IMG/VR virus record: IMGVR_UViG_3300022204_000005
Reading direction: 5' to 3' (one strand)
Origin: a virus
DNA length: 64,000 bases
The translations under genes were made by a program, and so were the position numbers. Shown in pieces: positions 1-8,573 of this stretch. Under the pieces are notes generated by a model. That model was not told the origin of the DNA. It did no database searches and saw only the letters and a list, made by a program, of their open reading frames with translations. Numbering within the stretch: position 1 is the stretch's first letter; the number at the start of each line of letters is the position of its first letter.

Positions 1-112
1 CACACTAACTAACCTTAGTGCGTTCAAGAGAGGATTATTCCTATCCTCTGCTTAACCCAAAGCGGCCCCTCTCCCCCATCGGGGGAAGGGTGCCAAACCA
101 CGGAGCTAAACC

Positions 113-523
113 ATGACTACCCGCATTCAACTCACAAACGCCGCCCTTCAAAACATCTTCGGGGATCACTTCGCCGCCGTCCGCGAGGCGGGCCGCTGGG
201 AATCCCACGGAACCGTCGCCCTTCAACGGGTGAGGGGGGCCACCTGGGAGGTCGTGGGGGCGACGGCGGCGGTGGAGGCGGCGGTGGTGGCCGACCTCCG
301 CGAGGGGGTCATCAAACTCGGTCACCTCGCCCTCAAGGGCGTCCACGGTGACTACAAAATCACCGTCTCGCCCCGGTCCCTCGACGGTAGCGGGTGGCTC
401 GCCGTCGCGAAGGGGGAGGGGCGTCCCCTCTGCCGGACGGGGCAGACGGCCTCGATGGCGGTCGCCGCCGTCCAGGGGGAGATTCGGAGGGCGGAACACC
501 ACCGCGAACGCAAAGCCTCCTAG
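113..523 (+). CDS. hypothetical protein
   Basis: ORF track; GGAG SD upstream; first of a co-oriented gene run; no family recognised. Confidence 0.65.
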   Translation: MTTRIQLTNAALQNIFGDHFAAVREAGRWESHGTVALQRVRGATWEVVGATAAVEAAVVADLREGVIKLGHLALKGVHGDYKITVSPRSLDGSGWLAVAKGEGRPLCRTGQTASMAVAAVQGEIRRAEHHRERKAS

Positions 524-528
524 CCTAG

Positions 529-587
529 CCTCTAAGGTCGCCCCCCTGGGAGGGAGGGGGGCGGGTCGGTTCGATTCCGGCCAGAGG
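529..587 (+). ncRNA. tRNA-like element (acceptor-like stem + one GC arm + T-arm)
   Basis: CCTCT/AGAGG closing stem; CGCCCCC/GGGGGCG arm; GGTCGG-TTCGATT-CCGGCC T-arm. Confidence 0.5.
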
Positions 588-674
588 TTTTAAGGTCACG
601 ACGGTCATTGTGATTGTCGGGCCACAACCGCCCCACTGCTTTAGCGGGGGCACCATCACAACGGAGCTTTACCG

Positions 675-1109
675 ATGTCTGACAACAACACCATTCATGG
701 CTTTCCCTGCACCGACACCGACACCGACGGCGTTGTGTTCGTGAACACGACGCCTCACGAAGTGAAGATCTACGGGGAGGGGGGAGAGCTTCTCTTCTCC
801 ATCCCCGCCCCCGGCAAGGGCGGTCCCTCGGTGAGGGTTCGGGAGAGGTGTGAACGGGTGGGAACCGTGGGGGGCGTCCCCACGGTGATTCTCACCCCCG
901 CTGGGGTGGAGGGGCTCCCCGCCCCGGGGGAGAATGTGTTTTATGTCATCTCGGGGATGGCCCTCGACAACCTCCGACAGGGGGGGGACGAGCGGGGGGA
1001 CGTGATCGCCCCTGTCACCTCCCCCGACGAAAACGTCCCGGAGGAGTTCCGGCCCCTCCGGGACCCCGTAAAGGGGTGGATTCTCGGGGCGAGGGCTTGG
1101 CGCTGCTAA
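675..1109 (+). CDS. conserved phage hypothetical protein (N-T/L-TPH motif type)
   Basis: VFVNTTPHEVKI...GLPAP...YVIS pattern recalls a widespread phage family; GGAG SD. Confidence 0.65.
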   Translation: MSDNNTIHGFPCTDTDTDGVVFVNTTPHEVKIYGEGGELLFSIPAPGKGGPSVRVRERCERVGTVGGVPTVILTPAGVEGLPAPGENVFYVISGMALDNLRQGGDERGDVIAPVTSPDENVPEEFRPLRDPVKGWILGARAWRC

Positions 1110-1162
1110 GCCCTTCCTGACCCCCGCTTCTGCGCCCCCCTCCCCCCCGTGGGGGGTTTCTC

Positions 1163-1196
1163 TTGAGGGCATTAGCTTCGCTGCTAGTGCCTTCAA
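1163..1196 (+). repeat. conserved intergenic hairpin copy 1 (RNase III-like site)
   Basis: GAGGGCATTAGC-loop-GCTAGTGCCTTC; same stem at 3150 and 4508. Confidence 0.8.
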
Positions 1197-1231
1197 AAGA
1201 AGCCCTAACCATCAACTAGAGGAGTCTTACC

Positions 1232-1567
1232 ATGCCGACCCCTATTCACCTCCCAAAGTGCTGCCCCTCTTGTGGGGAGCCTTTTAACGGCACCCCACCT
1301 GGGGAGGTCATGGAGTTCTATATCGAAGACCTCGCTTTCGACGAGGGTAACGGCGGGGCAGTAACGCTTTGGGGGTGGAGTTGCCCTCGAAGCTCCCAGA
1401 AAGGCGACCATCTCATTTATGGGACGGTCGTTAAAGCCAGGGATGGGGAGGGTAACATCACTGAGATGTTATCCACTGACCATTCTTACCTGACGGACCT
1501 TCCGGGTCGGGAGTGGTCAGTGTACCCCCTGACCGACCCGACGACCTTTGTCATCAAAACCAACTAG
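1232..1567 (+). CDS. hypothetical protein (CxxC near N-terminus)
   Basis: ORF track; TAGAGGAGTCTTACCATG start context, identical to that at 1580. Confidence 0.7.
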   Translation: MPTPIHLPKCCPSCGEPFNGTPPGEVMEFYIEDLAFDEGNGGAVTLWGWSCPRSSQKGDHLIYGTVVKARDGEGNITEMLSTDHSYLTDLPGREWSVYPLTDPTTFVIKTN

Positions 1568-1579
1568 AGGAGTCTTACC

Positions 1580-2167
1580 ATGCTCACCACCGACAAGCTC
1601 CCCCTCCCCGATTTCTTCGCGGTCGAAAACATCCATCGCGGGGCTCGCAACCTCGCCAAAATCCACGCCAACATGGGTACCCCGTGGGGAACCTTCGTCG
1701 CCGTGGCGTTGCATATGCGGCACCACGCCCCGGTCAGGCCGAAAACCATGACCTTGGAGTCGCTTTTCGAGGCGGCGCTGGAGAAGCGCCCCGAGCCCGT
1801 GTGGTTCGTGGAGGCCGTTTCGCCCCACCTTCGGGAGCGGCTGTTGGGGATGGTGGAAGCCTCCCTCCACTGCATCCTGGCAGACTGTGAGGAGCTTCGA
1901 GGCTATCAGGAGTGGGCGGAAATGTTCGATAGCCTCTGCGAGCGCAGAGAGATGATGCAGGCGTGCATCCAATTAATGCAGGACACCCCCGAATACGCCA
2001 TTGCGAGGGAAACGGCGCGGGAAATCGATGGGGTTATTGAGATGTCCTTCGGGATGTCTCGACCCTACCCCTCCGCTACCGATTTCATGATTTCCGCCGC
2101 CTCGCTCGGTGACGGCTGGTGGATTCCCGAGTTTCCGGGCGGGGAGGTGATTCCTTTCGATTTCTGA
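1580..2167 (+). CDS. hypothetical protein
   Basis: ORF track; TAGAGGAGTCTTACCATG start context. Confidence 0.7.
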   Translation: MLTTDKLPLPDFFAVENIHRGARNLAKIHANMGTPWGTFVAVALHMRHHAPVRPKTMTLESLFEAALEKRPEPVWFVEAVSPHLRERLLGMVEASLHCILADCEELRGYQEWAEMFDSLCERREMMQACIQLMQDTPEYAIARETAREIDGVIEMSFGMSRPYPSATDFMISAASLGDGWWIPEFPGGEVIPFDF

Positions 2168-2180
2168 AGTATTTTCGCTC

Positions 2181-2225
2181 GAAAGTGATCAAATAGGGTA
2201 CGAGACGGTCTATCAAATAGAGGAG
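2181..2225 (+). promoter_or_regulatory. putative phage promoter module X, copy 1
   Basis: GAAAGTGATCAAATAGGGTACGAGACGGTCTAT matches 28877-28909 at 32/33 nt; intergenic. Confidence 0.55.
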
Positions 2226-2300
2226 GTTAAACCCACACAACGAAACCAGTTCCTAACACAACGAAACAAACACAACCACACAACCACAGGAGAAAACACA

Positions 2301-2798
2301 ATGACTACCTTTACCCTCGAAACGAACGGGCTCGTTACGCTCACCTCCCCCAAGACGGGACACCACCGGACCTTCCTTATCCGCACCGAGAAGTGGAAGG
2401 GAAACGGCAAGTGGGCTCCCCGCAAGGTGCGGGTCGTGTCCCTCTTCGTGGGGGACAAGAATACGAATAACAACCATTTCCTCCGCTTCGGGGAGGTGCG
2501 GGAGCAGGGGGGGGAGTATCGTATCCACCTCTTCAAAGAGGTGTATACGAAGGGCGTCCCCAAGAAATTCTGGGGAAAGAAACCCGAGCGAAAGACATTC
2601 GCGGCCTTCGCAAAGCTCCTCGAAGAGCCCGCAAAGGCTGAGGGAGCGGGGGTCAAATTCCTGGCCTCGGTGAAGTGTTGCAGGTGCAACCTGACCTTGA
2701 CGGACCCCGAATCCATCGAAAATGGCTTTGGCGACGAGTGCGCCAAGTACATCCGGCGGGGTGAGGGGCGCACCGAACGCCCGGTCATGGTCGCCTAA
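2301..2798 (+). CDS. DUF6011-like Zn-finger protein
   Basis: C-terminal CCRCNLTLTDPESIENGFGDEC motif; AGGAG SD. Confidence 0.7.
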   Translation: MTTFTLETNGLVTLTSPKTGHHRTFLIRTEKWKGNGKWAPRKVRVVSLFVGDKNTNNNHFLRFGEVREQGGEYRIHLFKEVYTKGVPKKFWGKKPERKTFAAFAKLLEEPAKAEGAGVKFLASVKCCRCNLTLTDPESIENGFGDECAKYIRRGEGRTERPVMVA

Positions 2799-2908
2799 CA
2801 GGACTCGCCCCCCCTGGGAGGGAGGGGGCAGTTCTATTGAGCTTACAAGGCTAACGCTTTGTGGGTTCACTAGAGCTAACACCACACAACCACACCACAG
2901 GAGCCCTT

Positions 2909-3133
2909 ATGTACACATCACTCATCAAACAACTCAAGAAGCACGCTCTCGCCCACTACGAGGAGGGGGGGTGGGATTTCCTCGTCGAGTGCTGGGATGA
3001 CTGGGAAATCGAGGAGGAACTTTCCTCGAAGGAACTCGAACCCGATGACTTCGAGGGGGCTAAGGCTCACTTCTGCCGCGTTCTCGGCATCGTCGACGAG
3101 CGGAGGACGGAGGTACAGTCCTTTATCTTCTGA
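2909..3133 (+). CDS. hypothetical protein, paralog of 11599..11841
   Basis: KHALAHYEEG...RRxEVQSFIF shared with 11599; start moved to ATG after AGGAG SD. Confidence 0.75.
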   Translation: MYTSLIKQLKKHALAHYEEGGWDFLVECWDDWEIEEELSSKELEPDDFEGAKAHFCRVLGIVDERRTEVQSFIF

Positions 3134-3148
3134 GTGTGAGGCGTAACC

Positions 3149-3179
3149 CGAGGGCATTAGCTCCGCGCTAGTGCCTTCG
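3149..3179 (+). repeat. conserved intergenic hairpin copy 2
   Basis: GAGGGCATTAGC-TCCGC-GCTAGTGCCTTC. Confidence 0.8.
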
Positions 3180-3220
3180 ATAGACCTTCTCACAACCACC
3201 CCAACCTAGAGGAAACTACC

Positions 3221-3817
3221 ATGACCATCATCATCTACAACCGAAACACAAAGCGAATTGAGAAGGCGTCCGTAACGGAATACGACCTCAGAATGGGGAA
3301 GCTGGCGGGGTATGATATGCCCCGTGTGGCCTCCTCTCTGAGAGACGGCGACGTTCGCAGGTGTCGGGGTCGGCACATCTGGAAGATGCACCAGAACCCC
3401 AACGTGGACTATCTCCTCGTGGGGAGTTTGTTCTGGGGAACGCACTTCGGTTCTGCGCCGGGAGATATCGATTTTCTGGCCCTTCCGGTGGCCTATCGCC
3501 CTTCGGGGCAGACCTCCCCGAACTACACCGACCGGGAAGGGGTCATGTACCGTCAGGTCATGCCCGAAGAGTATCGGTCAGACTCGATGTTCGTCATCGG
3601 GTGGCATATCAACCGCTCGGGGTGGCACCGAACGGAGGCCCTGGGGATTCATGAAATGGTCCCCTATGACAAAGCTATCGCGGAGGACTATAGAAAAGTC
3701 TTCCTGAAGTTCGCCAAGAGTGGACTCTTGTCCATCACGCCTCGTGAGAGGCACCACGGGCTCTGGACTCTGTTTCTGGAGCAAGCGAGGAAAGAACGAT
3801 GCAACAAATCCGAGTAA
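3221..3817 (+). CDS. hypothetical protein
   Basis: ORF track; TAGAGGAAACTACCATG start context. Confidence 0.7.
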   Translation: MTIIIYNRNTKRIEKASVTEYDLRMGKLAGYDMPRVASSLRDGDVRRCRGRHIWKMHQNPNVDYLLVGSLFWGTHFGSAPGDIDFLALPVAYRPSGQTSPNYTDREGVMYRQVMPEEYRSDSMFVIGWHINRSGWHRTEALGIHEMVPYDKAIAEDYRKVFLKFAKSGLLSITPRERHHGLWTLFLEQARKERCNKSE

Positions 3818-4497
3818 CCCAAGACTACGACGCCCCCAACCCCCTGAGCCTGAGCGACTTCGAGTTCATCGAGTTCTCTTCTAGAGAGCAGCGGGAGAAC
3901 TACGAAGAAATGCGCGAAGAGGACCTTGAAGGGCGCGAGGAAATCCGCCCTTCCTGGCAGTGCGACCGCTACAAACACGGGGACGTTATCTGGTCCCTTT
4001 CCGGGGAGGGTTCGCAGTGCCGTTGGGATACGGCTCTGGGTGCCGGTATCCTTCTCTTCAACGGCACCGAGGAGATTGACCCCGACGACCTCGACGACCA
4101 CGCCAGGGAGTTTCTGAAACTTTACACGGAGTGGTGTAACGGGTATGTTTACTATGTGGAGGTCGAGATGGATGGAGAGGTGCAGGGGGACGGTCGGCAG
4201 TATGCCGATATGATTTCCCAAAACCTCGAAGAGAGGGGGGTCAAGGGCGACCTCGAAGCCCTTACCTATTCCGCCCTGAGGAACTTCGGGGAGTGGACTC
4301 CTATCCCTAACCAAGAGGAAACTACCACCACCGACGACCCTAACATCTGTCATGGGGTCCATACTTACTACAACGAAGCGGGAGAAAAGATCGTCGAGAG
4401 CGCCCCCGTGTTTATCTGCCCCGTGTGCGGCCATTGGCAGGACCCTGGGGGGCCGTGCCTCGGATGTGAAGCCATCGCCTCCCATAAATCCCGGTAA
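3799..4497 (+). CDS. hypothetical protein (C-terminal CxxC...CxxC)
   Basis: ORF track; overlaps upstream stop; acidic phage-type composition. Confidence 0.7.
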   Translation: MQQIRVTQDYDAPNPLSLSDFEFIEFSSREQRENYEEMREEDLEGREEIRPSWQCDRYKHGDVIWSLSGEGSQCRWDTALGAGILLFNGTEEIDPDDLDDHAREFLKLYTEWCNGYVYYVEVEMDGEVQGDGRQYADMISQNLEERGVKGDLEALTYSALRNFGEWTPIPNQEETTTTDDPNICHGVHTYYNEAGEKIVESAPVFICPVCGHWQDPGGPCLGCEAIASHKSR

Positions 4498-4506
4498 GGA
4501 GTAAAC

Positions 4507-4538
4507 CGAGGGCATTAGCTTCATTGCTAGTGCCTTCG
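4507..4538 (+). repeat. conserved intergenic hairpin copy 3
   Basis: GAGGGCATTAGC-TTCATT-GCTAGTGCCTTC. Confidence 0.8.
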
Positions 4539-4607
4539 ATTGATTCACTTACCACAACCGCCCCACCCCCCGAAGGGAGGGGGCACCTTAACCAAGAGGA
4601 AACTACC

Positions 4608-5366
4608 ATGACCACCGACAACAACACCGCCACCGCCAAGACCGAAGTCGTCCTCACCGCCACGCAGGCGGCGTTGATTGAGATGCTCACCGAAAACACG
4701 GGGGTTCACTTCCTCGACTCGGGGGGTGTCTACGGTCGCGGATGGCAGCGGGCACAGGGGAGGGATTTCCTCTCGGAGCCCGACGCTACCCTCGACAAAT
4801 GGGGCACCCTTTCGGTGTCTTTGTTCCACTTCCTCGACCGTGTTTTGGAGTTCGACGAGGAGGTTAACCAAGTCTTCGAGGACTGGTGTGACCTCAACGA
4901 AGAGGGTGGACTCGGGGCGATGAAACCTTATCTCGACTATCTGGTCGAGTGTGGGTATGAGGGGATCTTCGGGGACGACCCGGAAATCTATAACATCTAC
5001 AACGGCGAGCACGCCGTCGACCAGATTTTCCAATACTTCTGTTGGGTGGGGGACGACGGCGACACCTATGTCTGTCTCAGCATTCACGGGGGGTGTGATG
5101 CTCGGGGAGGGTATACCGACTGTAAGATTTTCCGAGAAATCGAAGAGCACGGAATCCACGATGTGGCCAGGGGTGGCCTTTACTGCGAGGCCGACGGCTG
5201 CGACGCCGGATGGTACACCGACAGCGGTGGATACAACTGGTACGGCAACAACCAAGAGAGGGACTTCAAGGACCCGACCCCCGAACGGGACGAGGACGGC
5301 GAGGAGACGGGGAAATTCCTCTGCCCCTGTTGCGGTAAAGCGACGTTGAAGGCGTCGATGTACTGA
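4608..5366 (+). CDS. conserved phage hypothetical protein (LDSGG..YGR..Q; HGGCDARGGYT motifs)
   Basis: ORF 4524..5366 with start moved to ATG after AAGAGG SD; C-terminal CPCC. Confidence 0.7.
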   Translation: MTTDNNTATAKTEVVLTATQAALIEMLTENTGVHFLDSGGVYGRGWQRAQGRDFLSEPDATLDKWGTLSVSLFHFLDRVLEFDEEVNQVFEDWCDLNEEGGLGAMKPYLDYLVECGYEGIFGDDPEIYNIYNGEHAVDQIFQYFCWVGDDGDTYVCLSIHGGCDARGGYTDCKIFREIEEHGIHDVARGGLYCEADGCDAGWYTDSGGYNWYGNNQERDFKDPTPERDEDGEETGKFLCPCCGKATLKASMY

Positions 5367-5438
5367 GCCCGACTCTTCACAGCACAAACACACCGCCCCT
5401 CTAGAGTATAGGGGGGTTACAACCACTAGGAGAAACTG

Positions 5439-5729
5439 ATGGTAACTTTGGAAGCATTGCGAGTAGTGATCTTCGAGGTCTTCGAGGACCATATCGCCCC
5501 CTCCAACCCTAAATGGGCGTTGGAGAGAATCAAGGAAGGCACCTTTACCGGGGAGACGGACCCTGGGGAATGGTGCCCCGAGGCGGCATTCATCGTCCAC
5601 ACCGAAAATGGTATTCCGTCGGGGTACTACTACCCTGGCCTTCATACCCTTTGGGAGGAGGTGTGCGAAAGGTGCGACCTGCACCTCGAATATGTCAACG
5701 CGGCGGTAATCGCCCTCTGTGAACCTTAA
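5439..5729 (+). CDS. hypothetical protein
   Basis: ORF track; AGGAG SD. Confidence 0.65.
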   Translation: MVTLEALRVVIFEVFEDHIAPSNPKWALERIKEGTFTGETDPGEWCPEAAFIVHTENGIPSGYYYPGLHTLWEEVCERCDLHLEYVNAAVIALCEP

Positions 5730-5739
5730 AGGAGTAGAT

Positions 5740-6240
5740 ATGAAAGATTCAACCAAGCTCTTCCTTCGGGAAGATGATAGATTCTCTCTCAAATATGGGG
5801 TGGACTACACCTCCATGACCAAATACGGGGAAGTCCACCTCTTCACCTGCGAGATGTTCAAGGAGTCCCTTGAAGAGGGGATGAAAGCCTGTGGGGAGCA
5901 TTACGACTCCATCACGGTACTTCGGTACTACGGTGGAGTAAAGAACTACCCCCGACCGCACTACAAAGCCTTCCCCGTCACCGACTCCGCAGACTACCCC
6001 TGTGGGACCCTGGAGGGGTTTGACAAAGCCTACTCCTACGGACCCGACTCGGGGCTCTATGCTCTGGCTCAACCGCGAGAGAAGGCCAAACGCTTCGCTC
6101 ACGGAGGTATCCATCTCCACCCCACCCTTGGTGAGGTTATGGTGGCCAACATTCACCCTTGCGGTGGTGTCCGTTGGTTTCTGTATCTCTCCGAGTTGGA
6201 GGACCACCCGGAAATCCTGAAGTGGTTCGGGTTCCTCTAG
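5740..6240 (+). CDS. hypothetical protein
   Basis: ORF 5719..6240, start moved to ATG after AAGGAG SD. Confidence 0.7.
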   Translation: MKDSTKLFLREDDRFSLKYGVDYTSMTKYGEVHLFTCEMFKESLEEGMKACGEHYDSITVLRYYGGVKNYPRPHYKAFPVTDSADYPCGTLEGFDKAYSYGPDSGLYALAQPREKAKRFAHGGIHLHPTLGEVMVANIHPCGGVRWFLYLSELEDHPEILKWFGFL

Positions 6241-6280
6241 AGGTCTATTGGCTAACGGGGGTTCGATTCCCCCAAGACCT
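6241..6280 (+). ncRNA. tRNA minihelix-like element (closing stem + T-arm)
   Basis: AGGTCT/AGACCT closing stem; GGGGG-TTCGATT-CCCCC T-arm; intergenic. Confidence 0.45.
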
Positions 6281-6310
6281 TCTAACCTTTAAGCAAAAGG
6301 AGCCTAAGCG

Positions 6311-6952
6311 ATGTATACCGTACAAGAATGTAAAGACTTCATTGTCCTTATCGAGAAGTACGCCCAAAGGTCTGAAGACCTCGCCAACAATCTGGAGATG
6401 CTGGAGAAATGCAAAGAAGTTTTGCTTTCGCTCCCCGTCTCTATTGGCATGGCTCTGGGGTTCATGAGGAACAGCCCCAACAAAGAGCTAAGGGCTTTCT
6501 GCGAAGAGCGACGGCTCCCTATGGGTGCCTTTCTGCTTGAATGCGCGGATAGGGAGAAGTGGGTGAACTATGATGAACCTCTGTTCCAACCAAGGCAATG
6601 GTTTCACATTCGCAACGGGTACCTGAGTGTTGGGATGGGCGTGGTCCCATACAACTTCGGAGACACCTATTCCAAACGGGGACAAGACAAAGTCTTGGAT
6701 TATGTCTGGGCTAACTGCCCCGCGTCGATGTCCAATGCGCAAGATTTCTTGCAAGAGGGCGTCGAGTATCATATGCTCACCAGGGAGCCCGACAGTTACC
6801 TTCGGGACCATGCCTGGAATGATGAGGATGTTGCAGTGACCCGCCGTAACATCCGAATAAACGAGTGCTTGCCGTATTCCCTGGCCCCCGCCCAGGTCTA
6901 TCGGCAGGATAACGGCCTGGACCTTTGGATTTACAGCAAAGACCGCTACTAG
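6311..6952 (+). CDS. hypothetical protein
   Basis: ORF track; AAGGAG SD. Confidence 0.7.
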   Translation: MYTVQECKDFIVLIEKYAQRSEDLANNLEMLEKCKEVLLSLPVSIGMALGFMRNSPNKELRAFCEERRLPMGAFLLECADREKWVNYDEPLFQPRQWFHIRNGYLSVGMGVVPYNFGDTYSKRGQDKVLDYVWANCPASMSNAQDFLQEGVEYHMLTREPDSYLRDHAWNDEDVAVTRRNIRINECLPYSLAPAQVYRQDNGLDLWIYSKDRY

Positions 6953-6960
6953 GAGCCTAT

Positions 6961-7281
6961 ATGTACCACGTTCGTGTACTTCTAAGAATTCTGGAGTCGA
7001 GAGGCTTCCCCACTCCCCACCATAACCCTTACGAGGAGATTCCCTACATCAAAGAGTTCTGGTCCGAAGAGGTTTCGGGTCGGGAGGGGGACCGTATCGC
7101 TTGTATCTATGCCCTTACCCTTTTCTTCTTGGATAGGGTAGAGTTGACACCGCAAGAGCGAGAGGCTATCCTCTACATCCGAGACATGGCCGAGGCTAGG
7201 CCCGAAGCCATGCACTATCGAGATATGCAGCTGGGCGCAGCTTTGTTTATGCTGAAAACTTTCATGATCCCCAACCACTAG
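6961..7281 (+). CDS. hypothetical protein
   Basis: ORF 6925..7281, start moved to ATG after AGGAG SD. Confidence 0.65.
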   Translation: MYHVRVLLRILESRGFPTPHHNPYEEIPYIKEFWSEEVSGREGDRIACIYALTLFFLDRVELTPQEREAILYIRDMAEARPEAMHYRDMQLGAALFMLKTFMIPNH

Positions 7282-7292
7282 GAGAAACTACC

Positions 7293-7691
7293 ATGACCGA
7301 CAATAACACCCTTTTCATCATCCGTGGACTCCCCGGAAGTGCCAAAACCACCTTGGGTAAGATGCTCTCCGAGCAGACTTTCGCTGCCGATGATTTCTTC
7401 GAGGAGGAGGACGGGTCATACAACTTCGACCCCGCCAAACTCGGGGAGGCGCACGGGTTTTGGAAAATCCGAGTCGAGCAGGCTCTTGCCCACAAATGCC
7501 CGGTGGTGAGTGTGTGTAACACGTTTACCCAAGCCTGGGAGGCGGCTCCTTACTTCGAGTTGGCAAAGAAGTACGGCTACCGCGTAAGCGTTATCCACTG
7601 TCAAAACGACTTTGGAAACGTCCACGGGGTGCCCGTCGAGGCTATCGAGCGCATGAAAGAGCGCTGGGAGGAAAACATTTGGCCGGTATGA
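7293..7691 (+). CDS. AAA_33-family P-loop kinase (polynucleotide kinase-like)
   Basis: IIRGLPGSAKTT Walker A, AADDFF, VCNTFTQAWE, NVHGVPVEAIERM motifs. Confidence 0.8.
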   Translation: MTDNNTLFIIRGLPGSAKTTLGKMLSEQTFAADDFFEEEDGSYNFDPAKLGEAHGFWKIRVEQALAHKCPVVSVCNTFTQAWEAAPYFELAKKYGYRVSVIHCQNDFGNVHGVPVEAIERMKERWEENIWPV

Positions 7692-7957
7692 AACTCAAAC
7701 AATACCATCTTCTGAAAACCTATTTGGAGTCTTCCATACTAAGCCTGAGCGCACACATAGCGCTCATCAACTATCAAATGGAGAACACCCCGCAACAAAC
7801 GCGCCTGCTGAAAAAGGTCAGGAAGAAGCTCAAGAAAGAGAGGAAAATTCTACGAGAGCAACTCTCGGCTCTTGTGGATTCTCAACGACTCCAAGTCATC
7901 ACCCAGGGGCTTCAATCATACGAAGCCTATAGAAACCTGAAACGTAAGGAGCAATAA
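7688..7957 (+). CDS. hypothetical basic protein
   Basis: ORF track; ATGA overlap with upstream stop. Confidence 0.6.
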   Translation: MKLKQYHLLKTYLESSILSLSAHIALINYQMENTPQQTRLLKKVRKKLKKERKILREQLSALVDSQRLQVITQGLQSYEAYRNLKRKEQ

Positions 7958-7959
7958 CT

Positions 7960-8340
7960 ATGTACGGATGGAATAAAAAAGGCAGCAAGTGGGACTCTAA
8001 CGAGGACGACTGGTGGGAGGGCTCGGAGCCCGAATACAACACCCCCGAAGAGGCTAAAACAGCCCTGATGGAAGCGGCCAAGCGCGAAATCCTCACGGGG
8101 AATAGCGGCTACCCCCTCTGGGGCTCTATCTTCCAAGGGGAAATCAACCACAAGGCGGAAGTCTCCGGGGATATCATCGCTATCGAGGAGTTCTGCCTTG
8201 TCGAGGGTAACGAAGCCCTTAGAGAGGCTGACCGTCGGGCTGACCGCCAGGAATACGCCATGCAGGCAGGCATGGCTTTTGGCTGCGACGGCTACAACGA
8301 TGCTATGGGGTATGGCAGCGACGACCGGGGGGACTGGTGA
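7960..8340 (+). CDS. hypothetical protein
   Basis: ORF track; AAGGAG SD. Confidence 0.7.
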   Translation: MYGWNKKGSKWDSNEDDWWEGSEPEYNTPEEAKTALMEAAKREILTGNSGYPLWGSIFQGEINHKAEVSGDIIAIEEFCLVEGNEALREADRRADRQEYAMQAGMAFGCDGYNDAMGYGSDDRGDW

Positions 8341-8573
8341 CGAGAAACCCCCCTCTCCAACCCTTTCGTAGCGGCACCTTTACCTACAAGGGGTGCCGCT
8401 ACACCGAGGTAGAGGCAGCGTTCTTTTTCCGAAAAGGGCGCTTGACAGTCACCCTATTGGGCGGCTATAAAGAACACCTCCACGATGGAGAGTCAATCTG
8501 GCTCTTCGTCAACACACTGCCGGATATCCCGGCGAAAAGACTACTCAAACACAGAGTGAGGACTAACCCATGA
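8337..8573 (+). CDS. hypothetical protein
   Basis: ORF track; GTGA overlap with upstream gene. Confidence 0.55.
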   Translation: MTRNPPLQPFRSGTFTYKGCRYTEVEAAFFFRKGRLTVTLLGGYKEHLHDGESIWLFVNTLPDIPAKRLLKHRVRTNP

